NCBI RefSeq assembly: GCF_964213995.1
Contig: NW_027590498.1
Span: 186,001 to 250,000, forward strand
Source: Mustelus asterias
Taxonomy: Eukaryota
Direction of reading: 5' to 3'
Length of the DNA stretch: 64,000 nucleotides
In this document: positions 21,259 to 35,222 of the stretch, piece after piece
Layout: each line of letters opens with the position of its first letter
How positions within the stretch are numbered: position 1 is the stretch's first letter
The notes under the pieces: generated by a model
Database searches by the model: none
What the model saw: only the letters and a program-made list of their open reading frames with translations
Told to the model about the DNA's origin: nothing
Position numbers and translations under genes: made by a program

Positions 21259-21587
21259 TCATAGAATCGTAGAATCTTACAGTGCAGAAGGAGGCCATTC
21301 AGCCCATCGAGTCTGCACCAACCACAATCCCACCCAGGCCCTATCCCCGTAACTCCACATATTTAACCTGCTAATCCTCCTGACACTAGGGTCAATTTTG
21401 CATGGCCAGTCAACCTAAGCAGCACATCTTTGGACTGTGGGAGGAAACCGGAGCACCCGGAGGAAACCCACGCAGACACGGGGAGAATGTGCAGACTCTG
21501 CACAGACAGTGACCCAAGCCAGGAATTGAACTCAGGTCCCTGGCGCTGTGAGGCAGGAGTGCTAACCACTGTGCCACCATGCTGCCC
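21259..21587 (-). mobile_element. HE1-like SINE, full length
   Basis: Reverse complement of the 572-918 type; tail-to-tail with the preceding SINE. Confidence 0.9.
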
Positions 21588-21758
21588 TCATCTCCTTGAA
21601 CAAATAGTAAATTGTAGAGATTATAAAGTTTGAATTGTAATATCTAATGGTGTAAAATATCTGGGAGCAGAGTGGATGTGATAAAGGCTGGAATACAGAC
21701 TGTGGGAATGAGGCTGAAACTGCTGTGCTCAGTGAATGGTTCTTATTGGAGGGAGGGA

Positions 21759-23214
21759 TGTAGCGGGATCTTCCTTGTTACTCCACTTACAGACCGATGT
21801 TTGAGGGTCTGCCGATAGCTGCGAGTGTCTCTCTCTTACAGGCCTTGAAATTTCAAAGGCCGGGGAATGCTGTACTGGGGCAAGTCCACAGGAGAGAGAG
21901 CGCTGAACCAGGCTCACCGTTTATACCTGACCGGTAACCTGATACTTATATCACACAGCCATCCCAAAACCGCCACCAAGGCCTGAGTGATTCTCTCCCT
22001 TGTCAGTGGGACAACGGCCACCCTGCACCCACTCCACTCGAGTAGGTCTCCAAGAGAGAGAACAGAGAGACTCTGTTCTTTATCTCCTGACCAGCAGTCT
22101 CCCTTGAGTGAGCGGGTTCGAATCGCTCAGATCACCCTCGGTTCTAGACTCCGGATTTATGGTAAGGGATATTGAAACTGTGACCTCGTCAGAGTGCACT
22201 GATGAGAGAACAAGAGGCAAGACGGACTCCAAATGAGTTTCAAAACTTACAGTGATTTATTTAACAATACAATCAACCTCTTCAATACCCCACCACACAT
22301 GAATAAAACTTATACTTTATACTACACTATGGGAGAAATGCAAATGGGTACAATGTATTCCTGAACTTTAAAATTACAATACACCACCCCTCCCCTTGCC
22401 TCAACCTCTATCCTATCCTCGGGAGCTTCGCATGGTTGGCTGGGATACTCACAATTCTAAAAGGGTCGGCTTTGTGGTCGGCTCAAATGTCTTAGTGCAG
22501 GGTCGAAACTGAAGAGAGCTCGGTCCTGCTTGTCTGTGTCTCAGCTTGTGATTCTGGAAGAGAGCTTGGTTCTGCTTGTCTGTGTCACTGCTTGCGATTC
22601 TGGAAGAGAGCTTGGTTCTGCTTGTCTGCTTTTCAGCTTGCGATTCTGGAAGAGAGCTTGGTTCTGCTTGTCTGTGTCCCTGCTTGCGATTCTGTAAGAG
22701 AGCTTGGTTCTGCTTGTCTGTGTCACTGCTTGTGATTCTGGAAGAGAGCTTGGTCCTGCTTGTTTGACTCTCAGCTCAATGTATCAAAAACACCTTCCCT
22801 GCCCCCGTAGGTGATTTTCAAGGACAATGGGGCTTTCGATCACTGGCAGTTTCAGTTTAATTTCGTCAAGTCCACACACAAAAGGCTGGAACTGCCTTGA
22901 CCCCCTGTGGGTCGTTATTTCAATGTCTTCTGTGGATGGGCCGATTTCTGTGGCCATGGACTCCCTGCTGGTCTGTTTACTGTCCTTTGTCCTTCTGATG
23001 ATTCGATCACTGGTGTGTCTGCCTTTTTGGCCACTTACATATTCAGGGATCTCACACCTTTTTTTCTCTTAGCACAGTCCACAGGCAGGTTATGTTTGTC
23101 CTGCCGAGCCTTCTGGGAGGTTTTTATCAGCCAGCAGCCAGAGTTGGCCACTTTTAAACTGGCAGGTTTCTCCTGAGTCCTTTTAAAATATGGAGGATTG
23201 CCCTGAAACTTACA
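21759..23214 (-). mobile_element. Solo LTR, 1456 bp
   Basis: TGTAG...TTACA termini; 4-bp TSD GGGA (21755-58, 23215-18); AATAAA on minus strand near 22256-22261; no coding motifs. Confidence 0.78.
22511..22770. repeat. 46-bp tandem repeat (about 5.6 units) inside the LTR
   Basis: GAAGAGAGCTTGGTTCTGCTTGTCTGTGTCACTGCTTGCGATTCTG starting at 22511, 22557, 22603, 22649, 22695 and 22741. Confidence 0.95.
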
Positions 23215-23527
23215 GGGATGGGAGGAAGGAGAAAGGGATGGATGGTGAGAGGGAGGGATGAGTGAGGTGGATGGAGGGAGATGGGGGTGAATGTGAGAAG
23301 CTGAAGTTTACATTTGGAGAGGTTCCCAGTCTCTCTGATCAGCTGAACTGGGGAAGCTTTTGCGCAGACTGCACTGCTGCTGTTTCCCCTCCTATCCACC
23401 AGGGGTCGCTGTAGGCCTCCCAGCTGCTGCTCCGCCCAGTGTCACCACTTGCCCACTCCAGCCCCTCCAGTACACCTCCCGGGCCATTCTTGCCATCCTG
23501 CCAGGTCTCGGGTACTGAGGCCAGTAG

Positions 23528-23828
23528 TAAAGTTTATTTATGAGTCACAATAAGGTTTACATTCACACTGTAATGAAGTTACTGTGAAAATCCTCTGGTC
23601 GCCACACTCCGGCACCTGTTCGGGGACACTGAGGGAGAATTCAGCTTGGCCAATGCACCCTAACCAGCACATCTTTTGGACTGTGGGAGGAAACCGGAGC
23701 ACCCGGAGGAAATCCACAGACACGTGGAAAATGTGCAAACTCCACACAGTGACCCAAGCCGGGAATCAAATCCAAACCCCTGGTGCTGTGAGGCAGCAGT
23801 GCGAACCACTGGGCCACTGTACCGCCCA
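23528..23828 (-). mobile_element. V-SINE, type 2 tail
   Basis: Reverse complement of the 20978-21247 type. Confidence 0.88.
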
Positions 23829-24460
23829 GTGCTCTAAGGTTAAGTTTCTTCTTCAAACCGAAGAAGATTCAGTGTCACATCAGGATGGGGAAAAGGGAGT
23901 CCATTGGCTTCAGATGGATAATGGTAAAAGTTAATATCCCAATTTATTCACTTTATTCCTTCAAGCTGAGGTTTACAAAGTGAAAATTCCACTGTTTACA
24001 GCAGTGACTAAATAAGCAATGACACTCATCCTATATTTAAATTAGTCTGGAATACACCTCAATTTCACACAGGTTAACATTTTTCAAGCATTTGGAACCC
24101 CAAATGTCTGCTGATGTGTCATCCAGAGCTGTTTTCCTGGCAGTTTGTGTCAGTAGCAGGCTGCCGTTACCATCCACTCTTGGGCAGGGTGAGGAGACAG
24201 CTCCGACACCGACCTCAGCTGGAATGGGAATTGAACCATACATTAGTCCGCAGGCCAGCAATGCTGCAGGAATTGCAAAGGGGCTGCACAGAGGTCCAGA
24301 ATTAGAAGAGGGGGTTGTGAAGATGGAGGAAGCGTCTGCAAGACATGAGGACATTTTGGATTATCTCAAAATTACAGAATGCGGGAGACCAGTCAGGAAT
24401 GTGTTGAAATTGTCAAGTCTGGCAGTAAAGTGTGGATGTGGGATTCAGCAGCAGATGAAG

Positions 24461-24762
24461 GGCTGCACGGTGGAACAGTGGTTAGCACTGCTGCCTGACA
24501 GCAGTGGGTTTCTGTGTACGTTCTCCCTGTGTCTGAGTTTCCTCTGGGTGCTTCCGTTTCCTCCTACATTCCAAAGATGTGCAGGTTAGGTGGATTGGCC
24601 ATGTTAAATTATCCGTTAGCGTCCAAAGATGTGTAGGTTAGGGGGGGTTAGCAGGGTAAATGCACAAGGGTACAGGGCCCATCGAGTCTGCACCGACTCT
24701 CCAACAGAGCATCTTACCCAGGCCCTATCCCCGTAGCCCCACATATTTATCCCGCTATTCCA
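24461..24762 (+). mobile_element. HE1-like SINE with inverted tail piece
   Basis: Plus-strand head/body to about 24678, followed by reverse-strand tail sequence (CCCATCGAGTCTGCACCG...CCCACATATTT). Confidence 0.75.
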
Positions 24763-25244
24763 CTGTGTTACTTATTCATCACAATAGGGACCAGAGTCTG
24801 AGGTTATAAATGGGTGAGTTTACTCCAATAGTAATTCTTTCGACATCTGACAAGTTTACAGCTATTAACATCCTGCCTATCAAATAGCTCCAGCCTACAT
24901 ATGAGAGGACCAACATTCAGAGCTTTCAAATCTTTATCCTGAAGTTACAAAACAGACTTTAGTCAACGGCCTGCTGATACATCGGCACATTCACACAGGG
25001 GTGGATTGGACTGTGATCTGTTTATTATTCATCTTTAGTTCAATACAGTTTCTGAGTGATTTAAATTTAAAACAAGGTCTGCAGGTGTGAAGATTTATTG
25101 ACACATGAATGAGAGATGCTGTGGGGTATTCTACAAGTCCAACAGGGCTGATTTACATCAGAAAAACTCCAACTATCAGTATAAACGTAATTTAGTTGTG
25201 ATGTAATTAACAGCAGCAATAACAGCAGAATCACACCCCTGTGA

Positions 25245-26556
<1,312 letters not shown>

Positions 26557-26854
26557 CTGAAAAATGAATTGAAAACAGAAAGAGGGAAACATGAGAGACA
26601 AGCCATTAAAACACAAAATACGAAATTCAGCTGAACTAATTTGGTAAACTGTGGAATTGGGACTAGGAAATAGTGGATATGAAAGCTGCTGGATTGTGAC
26701 AAAGACTCAAACTGTTCACCAATGCACTGAGGGAAAGGAACCCTCCACCTCTTCAGAGCCTACAACAAGAATCCAGCCTTTATGCAAAAGAGGAAAAGAT
26801 CAGGAGGAAGGTGACGGAGAGAGACTTTATGCATCAGCAACTCAACCAGGATTT

Positions 26855-27700
26855 TGGCAGAATCTCCTCAACCCACAATCTTCCCCACCTGGAAGTACCA
26901 GAGCAGCTGGGACGTGGGAAAACCACACAACTTCCCGACTTGGACAAATATCACTGTCCCTTCAATGTGACTGGGTTAAAATTCTAATACTCTTGCATTG
27001 TGGGAGCACCTTTACTATACGGACTGCAGAGGTTCAAGAAGAAGGCCAACTATCACCATCACAAAGGACAATTGGTGATTGGTAACATATCACTGTCTGT
27101 GATAGTAATTCAGGACAAATACCTGGGCCTTGTCAGTAATGTCTACTTCCAAAGAATTTTTTATTTTTTTGCAAATCTGTATGAAACCTGCAAGCTCATA
27201 TGTTCATAAGATATAGGAGCAGAATTAGGCCATTTGGCCCCTTGAGTCCACTCCACCATTCAATCATGGCTGATATGCTTCTCATCCCCATTTCCCTGCC
27301 TTCTCCCATAACCTTTCAACCCATAACCAATTAAAAATCTGTCCAACTCCTCCTTAAATTACTCACTGCCCAGCATCCACCGCACTTTGGGGCAACAGAT
27401 GAAAGGAAAACAAGGAAACAAAACCAATGACCGCTACAATCCAGGAGGACAAGGACAGTGGACAGATGGGAAAGCCATCACCTGGAAGTCCCCTTCCAAA
27501 CCACTCAGCATCTTGACTTTGAAATATGTCACTGTTCCTTTACTGTCATTGGATCAAAATCCTGGAATTCCCTCACTAACAACACTGTGGATGTACCTAC
27601 GCCACATAGACTGCAGCGATTCAAGAAGGCAGCTCACCACCACCTTTTCAAAGGCAGTTAAGGATGGGCAATAAATGCTCGTCTAGCCAACGACTAGAAT
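26855..27700. mobile_element. LINE 3' ends (+; 26855-27085 and 27430-27700) flanking a CR1 3' end (-; 27205-27390)
   Basis: GGACTGCAG.GGTTCAAGAAG..GC..ACCACCACC...GGATGGGCAATAAATGCT tail, the same tail as the third SINE family. Confidence 0.72.
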
Positions 27701-27849
27701 CAATTGAACGATTTTTAAAATGACTTGGAATATCCATGAGAAAACAATCCTGACAGTTACTCAAATAAATACTTCACTCAGTCACACCAGCTTCTGAGTT
27801 TATATTTGACTGAAGTGGTTGGATTTTGCTGTTGTTTGTGGAAAACTTT

Positions 27850-28555
27850 GGGGCATTTGCGCAGTCCATTACACAAACTAGCCTCCCATCCATTGTCTCC
27901 ATCTACACTTCCCGCTGCCTCGGAAAAGCAGCCAACATAATCGAGAATGTCACACACCCCGGACATACTCTCTTCAACCTTCTTCCGCCAAGAAAAAGGT
28001 ACAAAAGTCTGAGATCATGTGCCAACCGATTCAAGAACACCTTCTTCCCTGCTACCATCAGACTTCTGAATAACCTAATTCTCATTAATTTGATCTTCCT
28101 CTACAGCCTAACTGTGACTGTAATACTACATTCTGCACTCTCTCCTTTCCTTCCCTATGTACAGTATGCTTTGTCTGTATAGTGCACAAGGAATAATGCT
28201 TTTCACTGTCCACTAATACATGTGACAATAATAAATCAAATCAAAAAAGAACCACACGCACTCCGGACACCCTCTCTTCCACCTTCTTCCATCAGGAAAA
28301 AGGATGCAAAAGTCTTGAGATCATTTTCCAACTGACTCAAAAACAGCTTAATCCCTGCTGCCATCAGACTTTTGAATGGAGCTGCCTTATATATTGTTTT
28401 GCTACACCGTGGATATGTCTGTAACACTACATTCTGTACTCTTTTCTTTCCTTCTCTCCTATCCGCTCGATGAATGGAATGCTTTGTCTGTACAGTGCGC
28501 AAGAAATAATAATTTTCACTGTAAACCATAACGTGACAATAATAAATCAAAATAA
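27850..28555 (+). mobile_element. Two tandem Rex1/Babar-like LINE 3' ends
   Basis: LPSIVSIYTSRCLGKAANII...HPGHTLFNLLP..KRYKSL....NRFKNTFFPATIRLLN; tails GACAATAATAAATCAAA at about 28225 and 28535. Confidence 0.78.
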
Positions 28556-28669
28556 TCCACCAGTTCCCACTTCTGTTCTTTCTGATGAGTGAAGGATCTG
28601 TGCACAGCTTTTTCGACCCTCCTCCCAATCTCCACATCACAGCAAAAAGATCACCAGTCAACAACAACG

Positions 28670-29090
28670 ACTTTCAATGACGGAGGATTTACCCAGCATT
28701 CGCCGCGGTGGTGAATGTCCCATATTTACACGAGAGGAAGGCACTGCGCAGGTGCAGTATCACCAGTATTGGCGCATGCGCAGTCAGTCATGGCGATGGG
28801 GTGCGTCTCTCTTTTTGTCTCTTTGCCACGGGAAAGGAAGCGGAAACTCCGAGGGAGCGATGGAGCCGGCTCTGGAGAAGAAGAGTTTCTAAACACCTGG
28901 TGGGCGCTCAAACCCTGATTGAGACTCTGCGCTTCCGTGTTTGCAGCTCCGGATCTTTTTCCGCCCGAGGCCCAATTTCAGGTTAACGGCCGCCATCTTG
29001 GATCAGCGAGAGGCGCATGCGCCAGGGTCTTCGTGGCGCAACAGTGAGGGCGGGGTTTAGATTTTACAGTTCCCACCGGGTCCTAGTTTC
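28670..29090. promoter_or_regulatory. Bidirectional CpG promoter cassette (type III) between ZNF-C (-) and ZNF-D (+)
   Basis: GCGCATGCGC at 28772 and 29013, YY1 GCCGCCATCTTG at about 28989, GC box GGGCGGGG. Confidence 0.75.
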
Positions 29091-29107
29091 CAGCACATCA
29101 GAGTTAT

Positions 29108-29385
29108 AATTATTTATTCGTGTCAGAAGTAGGTTTACATTGACACGACAATGAAGTTACTGTGAAAATCCCCTAGTCGCCGCACTCCGGCGCCTGCTCG
29201 GGTCCACTGAGAGAGAATTTAGCATGGCCAGTGCACCTAACCAGCACATCTTTCGGACTGTGGGAGGAAACCTGAGCACCTGAAGGAAACCCACACAGAC
29301 ACAGGGATAATGTGCAAACTCTACACAGACAGTGACCCAATCCGGGAACTGAAGCCAGGTCTAACCACTGTGTCACCGTGCCTCC
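29108..29385 (-). mobile_element. V-SINE, type 2 tail
   Basis: Reverse V domain and type 2 tail. Confidence 0.85.
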
Positions 29386-30450
29386 CAGCAAACTGGGCAA
29401 CAGGTGTCTAAACAGTTTCACCCGCTCCCAGCCTGCAGCTGATGTTTACAGGAGTCCATGAACCATGTACATATTCAGTGTGAGAGGTTGCAGTTCCTGA
29501 AGGAGCTGCTTCTCCACTTTTAGTTACACTTCTATTCTGCCCCATGCGCCTAATGATTAGCTGCCCATGTGGAGGAGGCTTGGGAGGTCAGAGGGTCTTT
29601 TCCTGGACCTGCTCTTGGGGCTGATTAAAACAGTGATTTGTAGATCAGCATGGGGTAACTAGGCTGTTGGCCTCTCTTCCATGGTCTTGTCCATGCTCTT
29701 GTGGTCCTGAAGAAGTGTGCAGTGTCGACTGGAACACTCGATACCTTCCACAACTCAGGGTACAGAGTGTCTCATAGACACTGGAAACAAAGTTCTGGTT
29801 TAGTTGAGATGGAAGTTTGACTGGACCACAAGATTGGGGAAACAAGAGAGAAAATAATATTCCATAGAAACTAGAATTGTCTGTTCTGACTTTCTATCTT
29901 GTGGTGACAATGATACTGACTCTGTCAATGTCTTTTACAAGGTCCACGAGGGCGATGAATTGCAGATGGGAAACTGAAACCAAACATTACATCAAGATCT
30001 GATAGAGTCCCTCAGTTCATCAGGACCTGAATATCATCAACCTTGAAATGTGGAAGGAGAAATGTTTTTCTATTTTGGCGGCGAGGAAAGATTTCAAACA
30101 TCAGTGTGACTGGAAAAGCACCAAGACATACACACACACCCGAGTGAGAGTGTTCCAGTAAACTGACTGTGGAAAGAGCTTTAACCAGTTACACAGCCTG
30201 ATTTTAAAAAAAAAATCTCAGTAATCACAGCAGAGAGCCAAAGGATGAGAAGATCTTGGAGCAGAATTAGGCCATTGGGCCCATTGAGTCTGCTCCACTA
30301 TTCACTGATCTGAGATAATCCTGAACTCCACTTTCCTGCCTGATCCCCATGACTCTTGATTCCCTTACTGAGAAATAATACACAAGTTCTTTATGTGGAC
30401 AAGGCTTGAACAGATTGTTTAACCTTGACGGACACAAGGACACCCGCACC

Positions 30451-31510
30451 ATGGAGAAACCATGGAAATGTGGGGACTGTGGGAAGGGATTCAGTTACCC
30501 ATCATTGCTGGAAATACATCGCCGCAGTCACACTGGGGAGAGACCATTCACCTGCTCTGTGTGCAGGAAGGGATTCATTCAGTCATTCCACCTGCTGACC
30601 CACCAGCAAGTTCACATTGAAGAGAGGCTTTTTAACCACTCTGACAGCGATAACAACTCTAAAAGCTCTGAGGACCTGGTCAAGCACCAGATTGTTCTCA
30701 TTGCGAGACAGTTCAGTTGCTCTCACTGTGGGAAGCTGTTTAAACAATCACAGAACCTCATTGAACACAAACGCACTCACACTGGGGAGAGGCCGTTCAC
30801 CTGCTCTGTGTGTGGGAAGGGATTTACATGATCATCCCACCTCGCTACACACCGATTGGTTCACACTGATAACAGACCTTTCAAATGTACTGAATGTGAG
30901 AAGAGTTATAAAACCACAAGTGATCTGCTGATACACCAGCGAGTTCACAGTGAGGAGAGGCCATTCAGATGTACAGTGTGTGGGAAGGGATTCACTCTGT
31001 TATCCAGCCTCCAGAAACACCAGCGAGTTCACACTGGGGAGAGGTCGTTCACCTGCTCCTTGTGTGGAAAAGGATTCATTTATTTAACCAGCCTCAGATC
31101 ACACCAACTTGTTCACTCGGATAAGAAACCTTTCAAATGTTCTGAATGTGAGAAGAGCTTTAAGACCTCAAGTATTCTGCTGAGACACCAACAAGTTCAC
31201 TCCGGGGAGAGACCGTTCACCTGCTCTGACTGTGGAAAGGGATTCACTCGTTCATCCAACCTGCAAACACACCAGCACATTCACACCGGGGAGAAACCGT
31301 TCTTGCTCTGAGTGTGGGAAGGGATTTTCTCACTCATCCCACCTGCTGAGACACCAACATACTCACAATGGAGAGAGACCATTCACCTTCTCTGAGTGCG
31401 AGATGGGATTCACTCAGTCAACCCACCTTCTAACACACCAGCAAATTGACAAGTGTCTGGAGGAATTGGATTCTGCTGTTATTGCTGCTGTTAATCACAT
31501 CCAGGACTGA
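30451..31510 (+). pseudogene. ZNF-D: C2H2 pseudogene
   Basis: [12 protein letters not shown] start, degenerate third finger, TGA at 30829, frameshift near 31303; ends KCLEELDSAVIAAVNHIQD*. Acceptor about 29941, with a CR1 piece at 30255-30375 in the leader. Confidence 0.9.
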
Positions 31511-31699
31511 ACAATGTTCATTCTGACAGTTGGGGTGTGTTTTTGCTGATGTTAGTGATCGCTATAACTGGGCTGGAGTTTATTACTCTGGATAAATGTC
31601 AAATTAACTAATATTGTTTAAGACACAAAGCTGAGACCTTCATTTCTCCAGGATAAGAAAAGATTAATCAATGTCTTGTTACCAATTGCTGCATTTTTG

Positions 31700-32155
31700 T
31701 GGCCTTTTCTCCTTTCTAACTCTGGATTATTTCAGTTCTCAGACCTTCAGTTACTCTCCTGGGCAGGTCCCAGCTCCCCACACCTTCCAGAGTGTCTTTC
31801 CTGGCCTTGGAATCCATGGAAGGCATCAGTAACACATCCGCGATCACCAAAGACAAATCACAGTTGTTTGCACTGATCCACTTCTTTCCCCAGTCATTGA
31901 GGATGGTGATGTTTGTGGAGCTTTCTCTCTCTGTGATTTGTTTAATTGTCCCCCACCATTCACGACTGGATGTGGGGGGACTGCAGCTTTGATCTGATCC
32001 GTTGTTTGTGGGATCGCTTGGCCCTGCCTGGAAGATGCTGCTTCTGCTGTTTAGCATGCTTATAGTCCCGTGTTATAGAGTCACCAGATTGGAATCTCAG
32101 TTTTAGGGTGCCTAGTGCTGCTCCTGACTTGTTCTCCTACACTCCATCTTGAACT
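31700..32155 (-). mobile_element. Degenerate CR1/L2-group LINE ORF2 fragment
   Basis: TSSREWWGTIKQITERESSTNITILND-like linker region between endonuclease and RT. Confidence 0.6.
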
Positions 32156-32157
32156 AG

Positions 32158-32515
32158 GGGAGGTGATGACTTGGTGGTATTATTGCTGAACTATTAATCC
32201 AGAAACTCAGCTAATGATTTGGGGACCGGGTTTCGAATCCTGCCACATCAGTTGGTGGAATTTGAATTCAATGAAAAAAATCTGGAATTAAGAATTTATT
32301 GATGACCATAAAACCATTGTTGATTATCATAAAAAACCCATCTGGTTCACTAATGCCCTTCAGGGAAGGAAATCTGCTCTCCTTACCCGGTCTGGCCTAC
32401 ATGTGACTCCCTCTGAAATGGCTTCGCAAGTCACTCAGTTCAAGGGCAACAAGGGCTGGGCCATAAATGCTGGCCATCCAGCAATACCCATTTCCCACGA
32501 ATGAATAAAAAAGAA
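32158..32515 (+). mobile_element. Third tRNA-SINE family, full length
   Basis: Decayed A box, B box GGTTTCGAATCC, body AAAACCCATCTGGTTCACTAATG.CC.TCAGGGAAGGAAATCTG, LINE-type tail ATAAATGCTGGCC...GAATGAATAAAAAA. Confidence 0.8.
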
Positions 32516-32599
32516 TTTCAAGTTGAGGACTCCCAGGAAGACTCACTTGCAGTGTACACCTCTGTGCTGCTCCCTCTACTCAGGTCTGAACTGCTGGTA

Positions 32600-33750
32600 G
32601 GACAGCACATTTTGGCAGGAAGAATAAAAGGCAAGCAGATTATCTAAATGGTGAGAGATTGTCGAGCTCTGAGATGCAGAGGGATCTGAGTGTTCTAGAG
32701 ATTGAATAAACTGGGATTGTTCTCCCTGGAAAGACCGAGGCTGAGGCGCGACCTGATAGACGTTTATAAAATTATGAGGGGTGTGGATAGGGTGAACAGT
32801 TGGGAGCTTTTTCCCAGGGCAGAAATGACAATTACAAGAGGGCACAAGTTCAAGATAAGGGGGAAAGGTTCAGTGGAGATGTGCGGGGGAAGGTTTTTTA
32901 CACAGAGGGTGGTGGGGGCCTGGAATGCGCTGCCAAGTGAGGTGGTTGAGGCAGATACGTTAGCAACATTTAAGATTTATCTTGATAAACACATGAACAG
33001 CCGGGGAATAGAGGGATATAAGCGGTTGGTCTCGATAGGACAATGTGATCAGCGTTGGCCGAAGGGCCTGTTCCTGTTCTTTGCATGAATCACAAAAAGC
33101 TGGTAAGCAGGTAAAACAAATAATTAGGAAAACTATCATTTCTGAGGGGAATTGATTACATAAATATGGAGGTTATGCTTCAGTTATCCAGAGCACCAGT
33201 GAGACCACATCTGGAGCACGGTGTACAGTATTGGTCATCTTGTTTAAGCAAGGATGTAAATACATTGGAAGCAGTCGATTGACCAGACTAATGCTGGAAA
33301 TGTGTGGATTATGGGTAAAGCTTGGACAGGCTAGGCTTGTGTCTGCTGGAGTTTAAAGATAAATTTAAGATAAATTTGATCGAAACATAGAAGATCCTGA
33401 AGGGTCTTGACAGGTTGATGTGGAGAGGATGTTTCCTCTTGTGTGAGAATCTAGAGCGAGAGGTCCCTGTTTAAAAATAAGGGTTCACACATTTAAAACG
33501 GAGATGAGGTGAAATATTTTCTTTCAGAGGGTCGTGAACCTCTAGAACACTCTTCTGAAAAGGCAGTGGGAGCAGAATCTTTGAATATTTTTAAGGCAGA
33601 TGTAGATAGATTCTTGGCAAGCAAGTGGGTGATAAGTTACTGGGGGTAGGCAGGATGCAGATTTAAAGTTACTATCAGATCAGCCCTGATCTGATTAAAT
33701 GGTGGAGCAGACTCAAGGGGCCAAATAGCCGAATCCTGCTCCTTGTTCCT
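32600..33750 (+). mobile_element. CR1 3' fragment with a second CR1 3' end nested (32700-33080)
   Basis: GLFSLERPRLRRDLIDVYKIM...FTQRVVGAWNALP; outer copy has RPHLEH.VQYWS. Confidence 0.88.
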
Positions 33751-35024
33751 GTGAGACATTGGCAGTAAGATATGATTCAAAGTATGACTGTGTCAGCCTG
33801 TTGCTTGACTGGACTGTTTGACTGTAGGAACGGTCATGTTTAATAGTTTGTAGCTTAGTTATGTGTAATAATCAAGTAATTGAAGTTTATTAATCAATTA
33901 ACCTGATGTGATATTCTGCTTAATTATAATATATTAGTATCATGTAACTGGCTTTGTCTGTAACTGCATTCTCATTTGACAAGTGAAATACATCACATGA
34001 CCCGAGGCTGGTGTAAAGCTACACTTTTATACTTTAATTACAGAGTCCCGTGGATCCCATCAACTCTGGATGAGCTAAGGTCTGGAACTGTTAACCCCTC
34101 AGCCATTAATTAACAGTTATACTTGAGTTAGAGGCCATATTGTGTGAAGAAACCAGCTGTGAAGTTTCAAACCTTCAGCACTGTGTCATAAATTAGTTTA
34201 AACTTTTAACTTGTAATATCTTAAAAGAAACAATCACTTTCCTTCACACGCTATAACCATCTTTGGTTTGAAAAATTAAAGGTTTCAGTTTAGTTTTCAT
34301 CACACAGTAGTTATTCTGACTCATTAGTTTTGAACATTTATCAATTGAATGTATCATACTGTATTTGTGTTTTCTGCTATCTCACCTTTTACACACTGAT
34401 TTGATGCCCACTTTCTTTGGATTTTAGATCTGAAGTAACTTTGTAATTTCTGTATTAGTTTAAGGCTGTGTGTCACTTTGTGTCCTTTTAATTAACTGTG
34501 TTCCAAGCTCTGGCAACCACTACAAAAACCAGCAAGCACTTTCTTTAACCAAAATATACTGATAGTCACCTGCCCCAATGAGAACTCTACAGGATTTCTA
34601 CACATCAATTAGACATTTGAGACAATGAACCCAAATGTTAACCATTAGGATTTGACACCATAAACTTGCTTTTCTCAAATAAGTGACAAAGAAGATATCT
34701 TTAGGCCTCCATTATCTCAGTGTAAAGCCATACAATTTAATGAAATCACAGAAAAGGCATATGGGGCAAACTCCGGAAGTAACTGACACATTAGAGGGCC
34801 AGTCGGGAGATTGCAGGAAATGGTCAGTAGATGACCATCACCATGAAGAAACCAATCAGAAACTGATTACACACCACCGACATCAATCAGGAACTGATCA
34901 TGGTGAACCCGAGTTCAGGAACACCATTGATCGTGCACAGGGGCTGTGTCTAGAAAGGGTTAATAACCATCAGCTTTCAGCTGCCCAGTTCACAGCTCAG
35001 AGAAGCGGAGTAGGAAGAAGAGTA

Positions 35025-35222
35025 CGTCCAAAGATGTGCAGGTTAGATTGATTGGCCATGCTAAAAATTGCCCCTAGTGTCCTGAGATGTGTAGGTTAGA
35101 GGGATTAGTGGGTAAAATATGTAGGGATATGGGGGTAGGGCCTGGGTGGGATTGTGGTCGGTGCAGACCCGATGGGCCGAATGGCCTCTTTCTGTACTGT
35201 AGGGTTTCTATGATTTCTATGA
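35025..35222 (+). mobile_element. 5'-truncated HE1-like SINE
   Basis: GTCCAAAGATGTGCAGGTTAG...GGGTTTCTATGATTTCTATGA. Confidence 0.9.

Noticed and set aside
22170-22250. GAAAC...GTC...CTGATGAG hammerhead-like order in the LTR
   Set aside because: Stems II and III do not pair convincingly.
31440-31600. Selenoprotein interpretation of the TGA/TGT alignment at the ZNF stop
   Set aside because: No evident SECIS (AUGA..AA..GA kink-turn) in the conserved 3' region and another copy has CGA; kept only as a test.
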